A stretch of DNA of 63,524 nucleotides, the filler included, from Folioceros fuciformis (Eukaryota), in assembly GCA_049999805.1 (NCBI GenBank). It is 11 parts of 11 records of this genome, joined end to end, with 100 filler letters (N's around TTAATTAATTAA, not from the genome) between each part and the next. Parts side by side here need not be neighbours in the genome. Positions count along the whole stretch, not along the records: positions 1 to 13,616 come from JBNGIO010002654.1; 10 more parts are not named here. The stretch is one strand, 5' to 3'. How positions within the stretch are numbered: position 1 is the stretch's first letter; the number at the start of each line of letters is the position of its first letter. The notes beneath the pieces are model-generated. The model saw nothing but the letters and a program-made list of their open reading frames with translations. It did no database searches and was not told the origin of the DNA. Both the position numbers and the translations under genes were made by a program. Below are positions 1-13,447 of this stretch, in pieces.

Positions 1-234
1 CACTACCAACTGCTGCCATTCGGAACAGGACGCAGAGGTTGCCCAGGAATAGGTCTGGGCCTCACGATTGTGCAATATGGACTTGCCAGGCTTGTTCAAG
101 CTTTCGACTGGGCCCCTCCCAAGGGCTTGAAACCAGAGGACGTGGACATGGATGAAGCTTCGGGACTCACCCTTCCCAGGGCTCACGCCTTGGAGGCAGT
201 ACCAACTCCAAGACTGTCACCACACCTGTACTAA
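1..234 (+). CDS. Cytochrome P450 (CYP71 clan), last exon, 5'-partial
   Basis: Frame 1 reads HYQLLPFGTGRRGCPGIGLG...FDW...LEAVPTPRLSPHLY* (heme motif FGxGRRxCPG), with TAA at 232-234. It closely parallels the last exon of the next gene. Confidence 0.93.
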   Translation, partial: HYQLLPFGTGRRGCPGIGLGLTIVQYGLARLVQAFDWAPPKGLKPEDVDMDEASGLTLPRAHALEAVPTPRLSPHLY

Positions 235-1293
235 GAATTTCATCTCCACAGCTTGGTAGTTAAAGCTCATAGCAGTTGTGAATCAAGGTGCCTATCATTT
301 GCTGAATCTTTTGTTTTGAAAGTTTTCAAAGCTGCCTTCGGCTGAATCATTTATTGTGAAAGTTTAAGTTTTCAAAGGTACCTTTGGCTGAATCATTTGT
401 TTCCAAAGTTAATAAGCGAGAGTGTAGCCACTGCGATGCAAAGGTCGGTTTGGTTCAGGTACCAAAGCAGCCATGGTATAATGTAGAATGTCAGAAGCAT
501 ATATCCTAGATATGCTGTGAAAACAAAGAAGAAGAAGAAAAAGAGGTTATCACCGCTTTGGCATGCCGTATCGCAATCGTCTCAAAGCAAGATTTTCCTC
601 TATGCACCGTCCGCATTCGGATGGGGATCACTCTCTCTTCTCTGTATCTGGCCTAGGCCCAGGCCCGTACAATGAGCGCAGCAATGTGATGGAGACGTTA
701 TGTACAGACGTGGTGGTACAGCTCCATGGGCCCCATCATTCGTAGCGAGGAGTGGCACCTCCTTCCAAGTGCCCCCCGCTCTGTCAATAGCAAATTTACA
801 AGGTCTTCTTAATTCCGTCCCGGGATGTGCATAAAATCTTTGCAGGAGAGCAGTGGTTCACGGGATTCCCGGCTGGTCCCCATCCTGATGCCATGATCAG
901 GTGGGAGCACGGAAAGCTTTTATGTGTGGAGTTTATAAATTCTCACAACCTCGATTCGCTGTGGCTGGTACTTTCATGTCTGCATATTCTATGAAGGCTT
1001 CATATTCACCTGGTACCAAAAAACTTGAATCAAGCTGAAGCGTCGTGAGAAAATGCTGTAGCCACTGGTACTCCGTTTCGTGACCGCATGTCGTACAACC
1101 CGTATCGCAGCCAGCAGCCAGCAATCAGGTCTGTCAGCCAACAGGATCCACAACGCGCTCCCATCGGCTACTTTGCATAGATAGGATGAGTGCAGCAGAA
1201 GTAATGTGCTGGACATAAGGGGACAGTAGCTTCCTCTAGCCTGCCTGGACAACTATCACCGCAAATCGATGCAGTGGGTGGAAATACTCTGCC

Positions 1294-3389
1294 ATGGCGA
1301 TGTGGCTGTGGATTCCTCTCGTTACTCTTGTCCTCAGCCTTGCTGTGCTCATTTACAATGAGTGGGTGAACTGGCCCAAGCTGAAGCTGCCACCGGGGCC
1401 TGCGGGGATTCCGGTGCTGGGAAATCTCACCATTTTCAGTGCATACAAGCTGCGAATGCCTCACCATGTGCTCACGGACATGGCGAAGCAATATGGGCCC
1501 ATCATGTTCCTGCGACTGGGCATGAGACCCTGCATCGTGGTCTCCTCTCCACAGGTGTGCAGAGAGTTGTTCAAACGCCAGGACCACATTTTCGCATCTC
1601 GACCACGTACTTCCAGCGTTGAGATCCTGGCGTATGGTGGTAGGGATGTCGCGTTCGCTCCGAACGGGGAACACTGGCGGTTCGCAAGGTGAGCGGAAGC
1701 AGGAAGCATCAATTGCTTCCACTAGTGGACGAACGAGAACATCAATATGGTGTGAACCTCCTCTCTCAGGCTCAGGCTCAGGCGTATGGGACCTCATGAA
1801 GCCCTCAGCAGCTTTTGTTTTTGTTCTGTGATCTACAGGAAGCTGGTTACGAGTGAGCTTCTTACGCAGAAGAAAATTCAACATTTTTCGAACATCAGAC
1901 AGGAGGCAACAGGCGCTATGGTGAAAGCCATCTATCAAGACGCGGTGCAGTCAGCTACCGTCAACATGAACTCAGTCCTGTCCGCCCTCACCTTCAATAT
2001 CATGACGAAAATGTGCTTCAGCAAATATTCTCTTAGATTGAGCTCGACAGCTGGTGGAGTAACGGGAGGCGACGACCCGCCGGAGATGGATGTGAGATTT
2101 CTTTTCACGTGCGCTTGCGCTCCAGTCTGTAGAGAGTGTGTGGCAGGTAGAGTTGCAAAAAAATCGTACCCAGCTGGTATTGACTAGTGGGAGCGTGGTA
2201 CTTGTTCAGGCAGCGGAGACGAAGGAGTTCATGCAGCTGATTTCAGAGATGTCCGTGCTGCTCGGAGAACCGCTGATTGGGGATTACATTCCCTATCTGT
2301 CTGCTCTGGATCTGTTCACCAACTTGAAAGCTCGCATGAAGAAATGTCACAAGAGGGTGGACGACTGCTTGAGCAGAGCACTTGACGAGCACAAGCCAAA
2401 TTCCAAGCAGAAGGACCCCGACTTTGTCGATGATCTCCTTATGCTTCAAGCAAGACATGGATCCGACCATTTAAATGACACAACCATCAAAGCACTCTGC
2501 CTGGTTCGTCGTTTATTCCTCTAAACTTCGAGGAGAATTAGTACTGAACGAGGCTTGGAAGTGACTGAATCCTGACACGTGCAACTTCACCCCTTGCAGA
2601 ACATTATAGTGGGAGGCACAGATACGTCTTCCAACGCCCTGGAATGGGCGCTGGCTGAGCTAGTCCGGCATCCAGAAATCGCTGCAAAATTGCAGGCAGA
2701 GCTGGACAGTGTTGTGGGAAAAGAGAGGCTGGTGGCCGAAGCTGACCTTCCTAACCTGCCCTTCCTCCAAGCTGTGGTGAAGGAGACACTCCGACTGCAT
2801 CCTGCTTCCGCTTTGAGCTTGCCCCATGCGTCCGTTCAACATACAAAGCTGATGGGCTACGACATCCCTACCAACACCACCCTCTTTGTCAACGTTTGGG
2901 CCATAGGCCGAGACCCTACTGTCTGGGACAATCCAACGGAATTCGATCCCAACAGATTTCTGGAGAGGTAAGATTGGACACAAACTGCGGGCAACGTCGC
3001 ATATATTTGTGTTGCTGTACCAGCTGCCTGCATTGTGAATTGATAGCGAGCATCAAATCACGAAGTACGTTTACAGTACATATCATGAGCATGCGATTCC
3101 GTTGTAAGCTATGTGAGCTCACTTGTGCAGACCCGACATGGATGTTAAAGGGCAGCACTACGAACTGCTGGCATTTGGAACAGGACGCAGAAGCTGCCCA
3201 GGGATGTCCCTGGCCCTCATGATGGTGCAATATGGAGTTGCCAGTCTTCTTCAAGGTTTCGACTGGGCTCCTCCCAAGGGCTTGAAACCAGAGGACGTGG
3301 ACATGGAGGAGTTGTGGGGACTCACCCTTCGTAGAGCCCACATCCTGGAGGCAGTACCAACTCCACGACTGCCACACCACCTTTACTAG
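1294..3389 (+). CDS. Cytochrome P450, CYP71 clan (A-type), 5 exons
   Basis: Exons are about 1294-1688, 1839-2091, 2210-2503, 2600-2967 and 3131-3389, all GT-AG and frame-consistent. Motifs: N-terminal TM helix, LPPGP hinge, W...R C-helix, GGTDTSS I-helix, ETLR, PNRF, FGTGRRSCPG. Confidence 0.95.
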
Positions 3390-4213
3390 TCATTTGCATC
3401 TAAGCTCCTTCGCAGTAAAATAGACGGTGTGGCGATTGTTGTGCAATTACAAGCATGTGTCACAGCTTTATGCTGACGTATCATTTGATGAAGATTGTCA
3501 CAATCACCAAACCACCTCTACTGGTCATTTCCACATGCACACACGCTAGACGGTGAAACAGTTGGGATTCCTCATGCGTTTAAGCTACTCTTGCGTCCTC
3601 GCTTTGCAATGAGTGAATGATTCTTGTGAATTATGTCGAGTGTTGCAACCACATGTAGACGCCCCAAAAAAAAAATCACGCGCTGGTTTTGGAGCCACCG
3701 GTATCGGAGCTTTTGCTCGGACAAACTTTTCATGCTGACTCCTTCGTCGCTACTGGATTTCAGGGTCACGGTTCACTCACGAATACTCATAGTGCCTTCA
3801 CCGCCTTTTAGGAAAGACGCTACCTGCCAAGTATTTGGTGACTCCAAGCACTGTTGCCAAGGCTAACCTTAGGCAGTTCTATGCGAACCACCTGCAGGAT
3901 CAAACTCAAACCAGTGGGCGCTCGTGCAAGTTCAATCACCCCAATGTATGGCGAGACGTGTGATTCATCGAGGACTGCATAACAAAACTATTAAGATTAT
4001 GCGCGGGCATTGCAGCACGTTTTAGCAGCAATGCAAGGTGCAGTTGACAATCTACAGGTTTCATGCTTAGGAAACAATGGTGCTCTTGTGCTAGTGTTAT
4101 ATGAGCAGGCTATGATGGCACCAGTCCTGCTGTTTGAATGTTTGAGCGAAAGCTGAATGAGTCTGGATCAGGAACCTGCAGGACATGGGAGTCTTCCATG
4201 TATATATTGGGTT

Positions 4214-4405
4214 TGTTAGAAAAACGGTGAATCCCAAGATAAGCCTCAGCTCAGTACAACTAGATTGATAGTCCATGCTACATATATAGCCTTCAAGCTT
4301 GACTATAACTCAATAAAGGGTAAACATTACCTCGATTGTGGTTCTATTCTATATACCTTGGAGTATAATCTCTAGATATGTTGCACAAACCCCATACGTT
4401 TCTAG
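4214..4405 (-). repeat. 3' LTR of the copia element
   Basis: tgttagaaaaac...ttgcacaaacccc aligns to 7353-7515 and 10359-10488. It lies next to the PPT. Confidence 0.85.
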
Positions 4406-7352
4406 TACTCCCACTTAACACATCTACAATCTATTCAAGACCTACTCGGTAACCCTAGCATCTTGCTAAACTTCGTGTGCTTCTTTGAAGCTAAGCCTTT
4501 TGTAAGAACATCAGCGGGCATGTCCTCAATAGGATAATAAACTAAACCTATTTCCTTGGACTGGACTTTCTCCCTGATGAAGTGATGTCTAACTTCGATG
4601 TGCTCAATCGCAACCATGGAAGCTATATGGCTCAAGCGATTGCTCGGAGAAATAGGGTTCAAGCAACAAGGTGCAACGTCCATCTTCAACGACAATCAGG
4701 GTTGTATTCTATTCAAATAAATTAATTTCTCTCTCTCCCCCCTCGATGTCACATTTTGCACCTGCGGTTGGGGGTAAGAGTCCAACTACGTCTTCAACCA
4801 CAGTGACATCAGAAGTGTCTTTCCCTCCCCCCCTATGTTGCAAGGTGGAGAAGAATCGACAGGCATCGAAGCGGAAATCACACCATAGTCTTCAGCAGAC
4901 CTGGAGGGTGCCAGCAAGGGAGGAGATAAAGCTCCCACTCTAGTTGTAGCCTCGACAACCTCTTGAAAAACAACATCCCTGCTAAAAATGACCTTCTTCG
5001 TAGTAAGATCGTATAACCGATAACCTTTCACTGCATCGGAATAGCAAAGCATGAGACACTTTGTACCATTAGGATCCCATTTGGTCCAAATCGCCTTTGG
5101 AACACGAGCATAGACCATGGAACCGAAAACCCTAAAATGTTGGATATCGGGTTTGATACCAGACCATGCTTCCTCTGGCGTCATACCAGGTACGGCCTTC
5201 GTCAGAACTTTGTTCAACACGTAGGTTGCTATCACGACAGCCTCTCCCCAAAAATTGACTTGCAAGCCACTGAGAAACAACATGCACTTGGCTGCTTCCA
5301 CAAGACTTCGTATCTTCCGCTCTACAACTCCATTTTGCTGCAGAGTGTGCGGAATCGTGAGTTGCTATTGAATGCCGTTCTCCTTACAAAAATCTTGGAA
5401 CTGAGAAGAAACATATTCCCCTCTATTATCACTCCTAAGCATCTTAAGGCGTTCACCACGTTCGGTCTCGACCGAAGTCTTCCAATCCTTGAAAGTCTAG
5501 AACACTTGAGATTTTTCCTTCAAAAGGTAAGTCCACATCTTCCGTGTAAAATCGTTGAGAAAGATGAGCATGTAGTAGTTCCCACTCTGGGTAGGGTTCC
5601 TCATGGGCGCGCTCACATTAGTATGGACTAATTCCAACGCCTTCTGCACACGATGTGCCATGGTTTTAGGGGACTTTGTGCAATGTAGCTTCGCCATTCT
5701 GACATCCTCGACATAACTATGTCACAGTGATCTCCTTCAAATCCAAGCCGGCCACCATGTTGCGAGTCTTCATCGACTTGAGTTTGTTTGCTCCGATGTG
5801 GCCCAAACCCTGATGCCATAAGTAGACAAACCCAATGTTGTCGTGTGAACTAGTCAAGAACGTACAAGCTTGCTGTCCCAAGGAAGCACAAAGTTTGTAT
5901 AGATTGCCCACATGAACACCCCGAGCAACCACATATGAGAGCTCAGGCTGTACAAGTTGGATGTGACAGCTTGCAGAGTTGAACACGACTTATTGGCCTG
6001 CATCTGCAATCTGCACGACAGAAAGAAGATTCCTCGCAAGATAGGTACATGATGCACATCCTCAATACATGCAGAGGTTCTGCCCTGCAACTAAACTCGT
6101 AAGACTCCTTTCCCCTCGATATCATGTGACGTATTGTCACCGAGTGCCACCGTATGGCCCTTTAGGAGTCGTGTGTAGCCTGTGAACCAAGGAAGGTGGT
6201 AGCTAAAATGTTGAGATGCCAGAGTCAAGATAAAGACTCTCATCCTTCTGCAATGAAGTAGCTCAATCCTTGTCCGTGGAGCACACAAAAGTTTGTTCTT
6301 GTTAAGTCAGCTCACTTACTTGATTGGCTTGAGATGATTTGTGCTTTTTTGACTCGTATGCCGATCTGGTTTTGCATTCTTTTCCATGATGACCTGGCTT
6401 CTTGCAATAATAGCACGATCCTTTCACCGTACGGCTAGTACCATCCTTCTTCGTCTCGTCTGTTGACTTGGACTTGTACTCGTCCTTAGGCTTGGACTTG
6501 CTTTTGCTTTGCCTTTCTTAGAGAAGAGAACTGCGTCATTAGTCTTCACTTGCTTGGGTGAAATCTCCAACTCCTCCTACAAAAGCAACCCAACCACCTT
6601 ATCCAACGATGGTGGGTTGTCACTTAGACTCATCGCCACCGATGTCCTGAAAGCCGACACGAAGGGCTTGTAAGTTGATGGTAAGCTACTCAACAGCTGT
6701 ACGAGGATCCTTGCATCAGTCGGTTTGAGATCCATTGCCTTCATTTGGTCCACCAAGGTCTTCAACTTGTTGACATGTCGTTGAATGGTGTCGCCTTTGC
6801 CCATCTTGAAGTTCGCAAGTTGTTGCTCCAACAGCATCGCACTCACCATACTTCTCTTTTCGTATGTGTTGCAGAGGGTGATCCAAGCTTCTCTCAACGT
6901 TGCACATTTGCTCAACTGAGAGAGAATGTTGTCTAAGACATTCAACAGGATTGTTGCCAACACTTGTCCGTCCTTGTCAAGGTCTATTTCTGTGGGTATA
7001 TCATCGAGGCCCTTATCGATGAATTTCCATACTCCTTTCTTAATGAGAAGCATCTTCGTCTTCAACTTCCACAATGTGAAGTTCTTGCCTTTTGAACTTC
7101 TCCACTACACGAGTTTCGAGAAAACGTGTCCTCATGCTCCCGTCCTTCGTGGCCAAACAAGATCACGTCCTTGCACCGATAACTATCACCAAGCTCCTCT
7201 AACTTGCACAAGCTCTTAGAGACACATAGTCTGCATAGCCCAGTACATAATGCAAAGGAAAGCAGAGATAGTCCTCCACAAGTCAATGCCAAGTACTCTA
7301 CGCGTCTGCTAAGCCAAGCGACTTGGAATTTAAAACATGGAATCTGATATAA

Positions 7353-7543
7353 TGTTAGAAAAACAGTGAATCCAAATATTAGCCCCAAGATAAGCCTCAA
7401 CTCAGTACAACTAGATTGATAGTCCATGCGTACATATATAGCCTTCAAGCATGACTATAACTCGATAAAGGGTAAACATTACCTCGATCGTGGTTCTATT
7501 CTATATACCTTGGGGGATAGTCCATGCATACATATATAGCCTT
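7353..7543 (-). repeat. 5' LTR, left part (right part at 10359-10488)
   Basis: Similar to 4214-4405. Preceded by a degenerate tRNA-Met PBS-like sequence (aatctgatataa versus gctctgatacca). Confidence 0.8.
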
Positions 7544-10358
7544 TTTTTTGCGAAGAAAAGGATTCTGATTAATTAATGGAAGATGTCTTCCACTTACAAG
7601 ACATAGGGGGGGACCCCCTACTTACGTACGTACAATGCATGAGCACCATGAGAGAGCAGAAGGCTGACCTCGTGTCCAAAAACTCAAGACATGACACTCA
7701 GACAGCACACCCCTGCGCTATGGTAGCAATAGGCTGCTAAGACCACTCAGACTTAACCTCAAATTCGACCAAAGACCATAAGGGCTCACCTTCCCCAGGG
7801 ACACGTGTGATTCCACTGCTCATCATTCCTAGGATCAAGAAAGCTCGCCTTCCTCCATTCTTTCCGCTTGAACTGTTTCTGATGGGACTGCCTCAAAGCT
7901 TCTGCTGCAATCAGTAAGTGTTCCCATGTGCGCCATAATAAAGCCTTAGTTGAGGCTGACTCTTGTCCTCCATAGACCACACAGGACCAGTTAACCCAAA
8001 GAGAAAAACGGCACGAAGACCACAGCAAGCGCCACCACTGTGTCTGAAGTAGAGGCTTGCCCGAGACTGCATCCAACCCAAATAAGGCTGATTGTTTCTT
8101 GATCTTGAGATTAGTACCAGAAAAAATCTTTTGCAACAACCTACCCACCTTCCTCCAGATTTCTTAAGCAAAGCTGCAATGAAAGAACATGTGCTGACTT
8201 TTGTTCGGGGCACCAGAGGTGCAAAGTCGACACAGCTCCTCTCTCGTCGCAACTAACAGCCATCCCAGCGATCTGCATTAGGTAAACATGCTTGAAAAAA
8301 GCACCAAACCGTAGTCCTCACCTTGGGAGGGATTTCTGCAGACTTCCATAGTAGCTTGATAGCTTCACTTTGTCGCCGCACAGATAGCTGCAGCCTGGGA
8401 GCTATTGGCTGTCGTTGATTGGTTTTTTGCGCTCGTACCATCCAGAGGAATATGTTTGCCGTTGGGAAGTTGAAGAAAGATCTAAGGCAAGCCTCCCTGC
8501 ACCCTGGATGCCTGGGCCATTTGTAGAGGTCTGGTCTTAAGACCAATGCCCAGTTTTCCACCAACCGAAACTAGCACCGTACCATAGAGTTGTCCGAGGG
8601 TTGTGGCCCATTAGGTCGTTCGTCTTGAGTGCACCATCGCCCTGCTCGAACGGACTTAGAGAGGACTATGATGGCCCGCAACTCCCCTCTTCGGATTTCT
8701 CCATCTTCCCTGCCCTGATCTTCCAAAAGGCCCTTCAGGCGACATGACCTTGAACATCTGTAACTGTTCTTTGTCCGACGTACTCGAAAGCCAAACAACC
8801 TTGTCTTACTCTAAGGTTCCCTCATGTTCATCCTCCTCAGAGTCCACTCCCTTACTTTCCACGAAGTATGCATACCACCCCTCAGCGCTCGAGCTAGGAG
8901 GTTGCCTTCAAACCTGTTGCACTTTATCCTCTAACCCCTCTCGCAACCATGAAAAGAGGAGTCTGACGTGTCAAGCCACTAACCTAAACTCCCCCTTGAC
9001 CTCCTCCATCTCCTTCCAATGAGACTCTGATCTATTCCATAAGTGCTCTAATTGGAAAACTCCTTTTCGACATGCCAACCTGAAGATTTGAGACCAATAT
9101 ACCCTTGACTTGAACTCCTGAGCCCACAACCTCGAGAATCCTTGCAAAGGAATACCAAGTACATCATCAACGTGCGAAACGTTACTAGGAATAATGTACT
9201 GTTTTACTTCTAAGTAACTGCTCCAGATGGACTTGAAGAGTGGGGAGCATTCTGCAGTATCAAGTAATGGCTTGTCAGCAAGAATGTTGTCTATAGATCT
9301 CCTTCCCCTAGGAACAGCTTGGGTGCAATCCAGATGTTGCGTTAGAAGACTCTTCCAAGGGTAGTAAGCCGGATCAGCCGCCCTGACAACCCACTGAGCA
9401 TGCAATACTTTCATCTTAGCAACCGGATCCACCACCCCTAGACCCCCAAAACTACGAGCTTGGATGATGTGGTGCCAAGCCACTTTAGAGCACCCGGCCA
9501 TGCTATCCCCCGAACGTTTCCATAGAAATGAGGTCAGCACCTATTGCATCCGCTTCACCTTTGTCTTGGAGGGGGACTACAAGCACAAATAATACCATAG
9601 AGAAGTTGTAAGGATATGGTTAATCACCACCAGCCTGCCTACAACGTTAAGCTCCAACAGCTGCAAGCTCGCCGCTTTTAAAAGGAATCTGAGGCACACA
9701 TATTTCCCTATCTCACCATTCTCATCCCTCTCTTGGAAGGGGAGCCCCAAATACTTGTGGGTGGAACCCAAAGTCACACGCCTAATGTGGCTAACGCATT
9801 GAGGGAGCTCCCCTTCCATGTGCAGACACATCATGCGAGTCTTGCTCCAATTGACCTGGCAACCCGATAACTCCCCAAATATCTTAACCTGTTGGAGCAG
9901 AGCCTTCAATGATGCCTCCTCAGCCGAGGAAAAGAGGAGAGTATCATCTGCAAACGTAGATACCCTTAATTGCGTTCCGTCTGGATTTCGAATACCTTCC
10001 ACTGCTGGGTCTTGCTTAACTGCTCGAAGGAAGAAGTCAGTAACAATAATAAACAAGAATGGAGCTAGGGGGCACCCCTGACATACCGAACTATAAATGC
10101 CAAAATGCTTCGTTAAAGACCCATTAACAACCACCTTGGCACCTGCGTCTTCATACATAATGGCTATCCATGTATAGAAATTATTCCTGAACCCAAAACT
10201 ACGCAGGCATCTCTACAAGAAATGCCACTCAATGGAGTCATAAGCCTTGTAAAAATCAAGGGAAATGAAGATGGCAGCTTTCTTTTGTACCTTTATATTG
10301 TACTTAGCTTCTCGCAGGAGATGGAGGTTGTCCAGGATGCACTTATTTTGAATGATAT
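7544..10358 (-). mobile_element. 5'-truncated L1-like non-LTR retrotransposon (LINE), degenerate ORF2
   Basis: RT motifs LDFYKAYDSIEW, QGCPLAPFLF, FADD, YLGLP, GGLG, and a zf-RVT-like LWK...IPPKVRTTVW. Poly(A) tail appears as a T-run at 7542-7549. Flanked by the TSD atatatagcctt. Confidence 0.92.
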
Positions 10359-11255
10359 ATATATAGCCTTCAAGCATGACTATAACTCGATAAAGGATAA
10401 ACATTAACTCGATCGTGGTTCTATTCTATATACCTTGGGGTATAATCTATAGACTTTAATGTAGATATGTTGCACAAACCCCGTATGTAAAGCGAGCCTC
10501 ATGGCTCGAACCGAGGTACTTGCATCAGGGTATGGAAGAAGGGACTGAGGACTTACCCTGTTGACTTGTGTTGATGTTGGGACAAGTCCCATGGTCTGAT
10601 GCCCTTCTAGATGGGTCTCTGTTCTCATCTCTTGTCTTGACAAAATCTCTACCTCCTCCTTTTTTCATTGGGCAAAGGAGCATAGCAAGGCAAATGGTCC
10701 GACTATGCCAAACTCCTTTCAAATGTTGACTAGCAACTAACAATTTCTCGACTCGATAACTTTGTTAATTTGAATTTAACAAAAAGTTACACTCAGTGAC
10801 CGTATCTAGTCCAGTCCAGCATTCAAAGCAAACCTTCCGTTGATTACCGGTAGGTTAAAATGCCTGTATGCTGCATAACATAAAAGTGGTGGCCTAGGTT
10901 AGGGCCCGGGGGCACCATGGGGCTAATAGGAGTAGATGCCCTAGCCTAAGAGCACCACCTCCGGTACAAGCTGTTGAGTACGAGTGCACCTCGCTAGGTT
11001 AGAAGTCGTAAGACGTGATTATTTCAAGAAACAAAGCGCACCTTTCTTCATTTACTGCTCCGCGGTGAGGAAGCACGCGCTCCTGGACAGATCCCACGCG
11101 CTCCAAGCTTTGCTTGCGCTTCTAGTCTTGCGGTTGGGAAAGTCCGGTGCCATTAAGTGGGTTGCGAGCTGTCTGCCTGGAATGTGCTGAATTTCTACAA
11201 GCCAGGACGGAAACGGGGTGGTGACGAAGGTGTGTTTCTTTTGGTGAGCAAGATC

Positions 11256-12772
11256 ATGGCGTTACTGGGGACGGCACTTGCTTCCGAGGTGAGAGTTTGT
11301 GTGGGCAAACAAGCGGGGGTAAATGGGTGAGAGAAGGCAGAGGTTTGGGATTTCGCGGAGATTTGGAGCGATGGTATGTCCCTCAAGCGCGCTAGCTGCC
11401 CGGTGGCACGGGTTGGGGTTTTCTGAATCTGTGCAGATCGGACTACGGCTCCTGCTGTCGCCTCCAGCCTCAACTATTGTGTTCAGGACCGCTTGGTGTG
11501 TAAACTGTTTTAAACTCGCCTGTTGTGCGACTGAATGGGTCATTTGATTGTTCGCTGAACAAGCCTAGTCCTTGTTCTACTGGTTGACAGCTGTCCTTGT
11601 GCGAGTAGCCTCGATGCTGGACCTTGATCGTGCTCTTGTTTCTGTTACAGCACCGTCGTTGGCGTTGGGGTTCCCGTGTATTCGACTTTTAGGGCTATAG
11701 AACGCAAAGATTCGAAGGAACAGGAGCAATGGCTGGTTTATTGGGCTGGTATTTGTCTCTCATATCCATTCCATGTTCTGGTTAGAGAAGGGAGCAAGTG
11801 AGGAAGAGTTTAACAGCTTGTGTGGCTGGAGTAGTTCTCAGGTTTGTAGCTTTATGCGGGCAGCTCAGTAGTTGAGCTGATCCTGTGTATCTTCTCTGTT
11901 GATTGTGCAGCTTTTGGGTGTTTCAGCGTTGCTGAGATCTTCTCTGACACCCTCCTATCTTGGTACTTCTCGTCCCTCGAGTGACTTTACCTTTTCTCCT
12001 GTCTAAGATTATTGAGCAGTGTGAACGTTGTGTAGGTTTCCCTTGTATTATCATGCCAAGTTCGCAATTCTTGTGTGGCTGCAGCTTCCGAACAATTATG
12101 TGAGCTGCGTTTTAAGTTCTTTAAAAAAAAATCAAATTCTTTTTTGCTGTTGGAAAAATGATTATCTCGCTTGTAATCTCCGTTTGGGAAAACAGGGAGC
12201 AAGGACATTCTACATCCGGGTATTACGTCCAATTCTCCTCAAGCATCAGACCAGGCTCGACAGACTAATTGACGGCACTCGGTCTGATGTGGTAACTAGT
12301 TCCACTGAGCTAGTTTCTGAATTGGGTTGCTCGCACCTCACAAGTGGGCTTCCAGCTTTGATGGAACCGGAATTTGTCTGTGCAGAACAAGATGATTGCA
12401 CGTCACCAACCTGAAATTCAGGCAGTCAAGCGAACAGTCCGAAAGGTTGCTGTTGCAGGTGAGCATTTACCAGTTTGCTCCTATGGGATCGCACTATGTG
12501 GGCCAGTGCTGCAGGAGGGGATGCGAGTTCTGATTGTTGAACCATGTTGGCGCTGCATTTGAACAGTGTATCGCGCCACAGAAGAAGCGATTCAGGTTGT
12601 TAGGCAGCCTGAAGCGTTCCCTGAACCTGAACCCTCTTGTGAACAAGGAGAAGCGTCACCTGGACCTCAACCCCGTCGTGGACGAGGAGAAGCGTCACCA
12701 GGAGCAGCTTCACAGTCAGAAGAGTCAGAAGACCCTGGGTGGGTTGAGGTTCCACGAGATGTTTCAAGGTGA
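11256..12772 (+). CDS. HVA22K: HVA22-like protein k (TB2/DP1/HVA22, REEP/Yop1 family), 8 exons
   Basis: Exons are about 11256-11288, 11437-11495, 11651-11748, 11911-11962, 12036-12099, 12196-12291, 12386-12458 and 12567-12772 (GT-AG). Spliced product: MALLGTALASEIGLRLLLSP...VPVYSTFRAIE...WLVYWAAFGCFS...WFPLYYHAKFAILVWLQLP...GARTFY...LRPILLKHQ. The 3' end could splice further. Confidence 0.88.
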
Positions 12773-13447
12773 CCGCGTCGGAGAGAGTCGTTATCTCTCA
12801 CACAATCATGCTGTTCTTACCTTATTTCTCAGTGCAGCTCCATCTTTTTGGCACCGGAGTTATCCTCTGGTTGTAAGTTCTGGATATTGGCATACACATT
12901 CAGGTCGTGAGCGGGACAAGCATGGAGTACCTAGTCTGCTTGTGCTCTGAGCTTGGAATATTATGCTCTCCTGCACGCTGTCCTCGCGATGCCACTTGTT
13001 CCTGTCCTTGATCGTCGTCGTCTGCTTCTCCTTTCGCATTAGCTGACAGCTGGTTGGTTCATATCGTCCCCACATTGTTCTTTGACGTTTTAGGGAACGG
13101 AGAGTTTCGTCTTCGTATTTCGAAATAGTGGTTCTTGGTCTTTTGCGTCCGAGTGAATTGCAATTGGAGTGTTCGGGGCTATGTATCGTGCTAACCAGAG
13201 GCACATGACCAGTCAAAGTACCAAGTGCTGAGGGGCACAGCGGACTGAATACCTTAATGCCATTATAATCCCTTCAGTTGTTCATTGTTGTCCACTCTCT
13301 AGGATGATTTAGTAACGGTATACGTAAATAAAGGCAAAATTATACAAAACATACGAAAATTCAATCAAAATTAAAATCAAACCCTTGATGTGTAGATGGG
13401 GAGGAAGCGCCAAAGAGAGTGTGTTGGTCTGTACAATGGAGAGGCAG

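Larger units (their letters stand above)
4214..10488 (-). mobile_element. Degenerate Ty1/copia LTR retrotransposon (RT largely deleted); 5' LTR interrupted by a LINE
   Basis: Minus-strand gag (WKLKTKMLL...FKMGKGD, 6577-7074), GAG-pre-integrase (LWHQGLGH), integrase (LELVHT; FWGEAV; GYRLYD) and RNase H tail (HIEVRHHFIRE...PADVLTK). Matching LTRs at 4214-~4405 and 7353-10488. PPT-like ctcccactt near 4410. Confidence 0.9.

Noticed and set aside
285-410. Imperfect ~45-bp repeats after the first P450 stop
   Set aside because: Ordinary small 3' UTR duplication.
1168-1938. 256-aa minus-strand ORF, and similar antisense ORFs over the P450 and PPR genes
   Set aside because: These are shadow frames of real plus-strand coding exons, with no motifs.
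10886-10958. Short imperfect inverted repeat upstream of HVA22k (MITE-like)
   Set aside because: About 20-bp arms with several mismatches, no TSD, and a single copy.
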